Assembly (NCBI GenBank): GCA_030603365.1
Contig: JAUVXV010000001.1
Location: forward strand, 1 to 64,000
Reading direction: 5' to 3'
DNA: 64,000 bases
From: Candidatus Heimdallarchaeota archaeon
GTDB taxonomy: Archaea; Asgardarchaeota; Heimdallarchaeia; Heimdallarchaeales; Heimdallarchaeaceae
Of the stretch, positions 61,264 to 64,000 are shown one piece after another. Both the position numbers and the translations under genes were made by a program. The notes beneath the pieces were generated by a model. It was given only the letters and a program-made list of their open reading frames with translations, was not told where the DNA came from and made no database searches. How positions within the stretch are numbered: position 1 is the first letter of the stretch; each line of letters starts with the position of its first letter.

Positions 61264-63075
61264 ATGAAGTATGTACCTGATACATCAACCATAATTAATG
61301 GGCAATTCTTAAAACATCTATCTGAGCAAAAAGACGTTGAATCTATAGTTCTTTCAAGAGTTGTTATAGCTGAGATTGAAAATATGGCTAATCAAGCAAA
61401 AACTACTGGGATGGTAGCTTTGGAAGAATTACAAAGAATCAGAGATTTCTGTGCAAAAACAGCTGCTGACTTAGTTATTGATGGATATAGGCCCTCAGTG
61501 AATCAAATTAAAGGTGCTCCAGGTGGTGAGTTAGATGCTCAGATTAGAGACTTGGCAGCTGAGTATGAAGCCATTCTTGTAACTTCTGATCGAGTTATGG
61601 CTGAAATTGGTAAAGCAGAAGGTTTGGCAGTTGTATTTATTAAGGAAGAAACAAGAAGCATCGGTAAGAAAATTGAGGATTATTTTGATGAAAATACTAT
61701 GTCTATTCATTTGAGAGAGGATAATTTACCGCTGGCTAAAAAAGGCTTTCCGGGTAACTTTCAATTAGTACCCATGCAAGATGAAAAAATTCTCACTAGA
61801 GATTTACTAGATGAATTAGCAAAAGATGTGATTGAAAGAGCATCAAGAGAAAAAGACAGTTTTATTGAATCAGATAGACATGGTACATCTGTTATACAAC
61901 TAAAAAACTCAAGAATTGTAATCCTTAGACCACCATTTAGTGATGCAATGGAGATAACAGCTGTTAGACCAATTGTTAAATTAGCATTAAGTGATTATGA
62001 AATCGATTCAAAACTCCTTCAACGAATTGAGTCAAAGGCTGAAGGCATTCTTCTAGCTGGTCCTCCAGGGGCTGGAAAAAGTACTTTTGCTACAGCTCTA
62101 GCTGAAAATTATGCAGATAAGGATAATATAGTCAAAACCTTTGAAAACCCTAGAGATCTTCAAGTTGATAACAGAATTACTCAAATGTCAGGATTCGGAG
62201 GAGATATTTCAGCTTCAGCTGATTTGGTACTGTTAATGAGACCAGATTATGTTATATATGATGAATTAAGAAAGACAAAGGATTTTGAAACTTATTCTGA
62301 TCTTCGGTTAGCAGGTATAGGTTTGATTGGAGTAGTCCATGCTACTCAAGCAATCGATGGTATTCAAAGATTCATTAAAAGAGTTGATTTGGGTGTGATC
62401 CCATCAATTGTTGATACAATTATTTTTATTTCTCATGGGGAAGTTTCCAAAGTTTATACTCTAGAACTAACAGTTACAGTGCCAACAGGCATGACAGAAA
62501 AAGATTTGAGCAGACCAGTGATTCAGGTGAAAGATTTTCACACAAACAAACCTGAATATGAGATTTATACTTTTGGAGAACAGATTGTTGTCTCTCCAGT
62601 AGGTAAGAACCTCAAAACAAGACAAAAAACTACACGCATCTCAAATGTAACCCCCTCGCATATTGAGAAAGTATTGAAAAGATATTCTCTTTATGATTAT
62701 AATTTTGAGTTCGAAGCTCCAAATTCTCTTGTACTTTTTGTATCTGAAAAGGATAGACCTCGAATAATAGGTAGGGAAGGTAGAACTATTGAAGAAATTG
62801 AGCAGAAACTTGGTCTTTCAATAACTGTAAAATCATTAGATCAGCAAGAGGAAATGGAATTTGTTATAGATTTATATCCATCAAAAAACAAAGTAAACTT
62901 AATATTTCCTAATGTATGTATAGGTAAGGATGTCATTGTTACCGCTAATGGGACAAATCTAGTTCAATTAACTGTTGGAAAGACTAGTGAAGTTAGTATA
63001 GCAAAAAACAGTCAAGTGGGAAAATTATTGATGGAAGCTCATAGTAAAGGAGCTACAATCACTGCTATGCTTTAA
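61264..63075 (+). CDS. pinA: PINA: PIN domain + P-loop ATPase + KH
   Basis: VPDTS, GPPGAGKST, RPDYVIYDE, IIGREG. Confidence 0.93.
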   Translation: MKYVPDTSTIINGQFLKHLSEQKDVESIVLSRVVIAEIENMANQAKTTGMVALEELQRIRDFCAKTAADLVIDGYRPSVNQIKGAPGGELDAQIRDLAAEYEAILVTSDRVMAEIGKAEGLAVVFIKEETRSIGKKIEDYFDENTMSIHLREDNLPLAKKGFPGNFQLVPMQDEKILTRDLLDELAKDVIERASREKDSFIESDRHGTSVIQLKNSRIVILRPPFSDAMEITAVRPIVKLALSDYEIDSKLLQRIESKAEGILLAGPPGAGKSTFATALAENYADKDNIVKTFENPRDLQVDNRITQMSGFGGDISASADLVLLMRPDYVIYDELRKTKDFETYSDLRLAGIGLIGVVHATQAIDGIQRFIKRVDLGVIPSIVDTIIFISHGEVSKVYTLELTVTVPTGMTEKDLSRPVIQVKDFHTNKPEYEIYTFGEQIVVSPVGKNLKTRQKTTRISNVTPSHIEKVLKRYSLYDYNFEFEAPNSLVLFVSEKDRPRIIGREGRTIEEIEQKLGLSITVKSLDQQEEMEFVIDLYPSKNKVNLIFPNVCIGKDVIVTANGTNLVQLTVGKTSEVSIAKNSQVGKLLMEAHSKGATITAML

Positions 63076-63793
63076 TGTCCGTTTCCCTAACTATGACTCT
63101 AACCTTATCCTCTTGACCAATAACAATTCTGTTGGAACCTTTTGGAAATAAACCATTTTCAATAATTCCAGGAATATTATTCAGTTCTTTTTCCATTTTA
63201 AAAGGATCATATTCATTCTTGAAAAAGATGTCTCCTATAATGTTTCCATTATCTGAAATAACCGGTCCTATTTTCCCGGTTCCATGTCTAATTCTCAATT
63301 CACCACCCAAAGTAAAGATCGGCTGAATAACGGTGTTTATCGCATCACTAATGATTTCAATGGGTACAGGGTGACTGTTAAGATTTTTAGGATACTTAGA
63401 ACTATCTGCGATTACAATGAATTCTTTGGAAGCACTTGCAAGTATTTTCTCTTTAGTTAAGGCTCCTCCTCCACCTTTGATGAGAACAAAATCTTCAGTT
63501 ATGATATCTGCACCATCAACATAAACCTCAAGTTCCGGATATTCTACTAATGTGCCTACAGGTAGTCCAGCTTTTACTAATTCAAGATGAGTTTCATTAG
63601 ATGAAGGAATTGTAATAATCTCTAGATCATCTTCTTCAATCAGTATCCCAAGCTCTTGAATAAAGTACTTAACTGTAGAACCTGTCCCCACACCTACAAT
63701 AAATTCATCATAAATGAATTCTTTAGCAGTTTTCTGAGCTGATAAGAGTTTTTCTTTCTCCAGTTTATTGTAATTTTGTTCCTTCTGATCCAT
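63065..63793 (-). CDS. rpiA: Ribose-5-phosphate isomerase A
   Basis: GVGTGST, DGAD, KGGGGAL..EK, SDNGN. Confidence 0.96.
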   Translation of the reverse strand: MDQKEQNYNKLEKEKLLSAQKTAKEFIYDEFIVGVGTGSTVKYFIQELGILIEEDDLEIITIPSSNETHLELVKAGLPVGTLVEYPELEVYVDGADIITEDFVLIKGGGGALTKEKILASASKEFIVIADSSKYPKNLNSHPVPIEIISDAINTVIQPIFTLGGELRIRHGTGKIGPVISDNGNIIGDIFFKNEYDPFKMEKELNNIPGIIENGLFPKGSNRIVIGQEDKVRVIVRETDIKA

Positions 63794-64000
63794 AAAATAT
63801 TCACTTTCATACTATATTTTCATTTAAATTTTTTAAAATTAATGATAAGTGACGTATTCTGCTTTAAATTTTGAAATAGAAGTAAATTGGGCTGAAACAG
63901 TTTTGTCGTTTCAACCCTTATAAATTGCGTTACGACATTAAGCTTTATTGTTGTTCACTCATGAATTTTTTGAGTCGATCTAACTCCTTAAGCATTTCTT

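Overview
AT-rich, gene-dense archaeal chromosome segment, most consistent with an Asgard archaeon (Heimdallarchaeia-like). That assignment is inferred from a Rab-like small GTPase, ribosomal protein L38e, a divergent TFB/cyclin-fold protein and a DPM2-like protein among core archaeal genes (uS7, uL16, S27e, PAN, TFE, TFS, PCNA, GINS, MBF1, Trm56, EndA, PINA, A/V-ATPase A/B/F/H, GlmS/GlmU). Five intact tRNA genes were read by hand: Met-CAT, Asp-GTC and Leu-CAA with canonical BHB introns, plus Ser-CGA and Val-TAC. I also found elements the ORF track misses: an S8 protease with TSP3-like repeats running off the left edge, a ppdK 3' remnant, and a degenerate tRNA-like gene. The best novelty candidates are: (i) a ~330-nt helix-rich, GC-enriched non-coding element (52067-52395) lying divergent from a tRNA-Pro-like gene with a CAG anticodon and upstream of a 5'-truncated comB; (ii) two tandem single-pass receptor-like proteins with an FKBP-fold ectodomain and a cytoplasmic C8 zinc finger; (iii) a DPM2-like membrane protein; (iv) an SDR-SDR-gcvPA-gcvPB-AcoX-like operon with no gcvT/gcvH beside it; and (v) a junction near 3330 where two 5'-truncated genes are joined back to back. 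No CRISPR array, rRNA, transposase or integrase was seen. All family calls come from motif recognition by eye, not from database searches.
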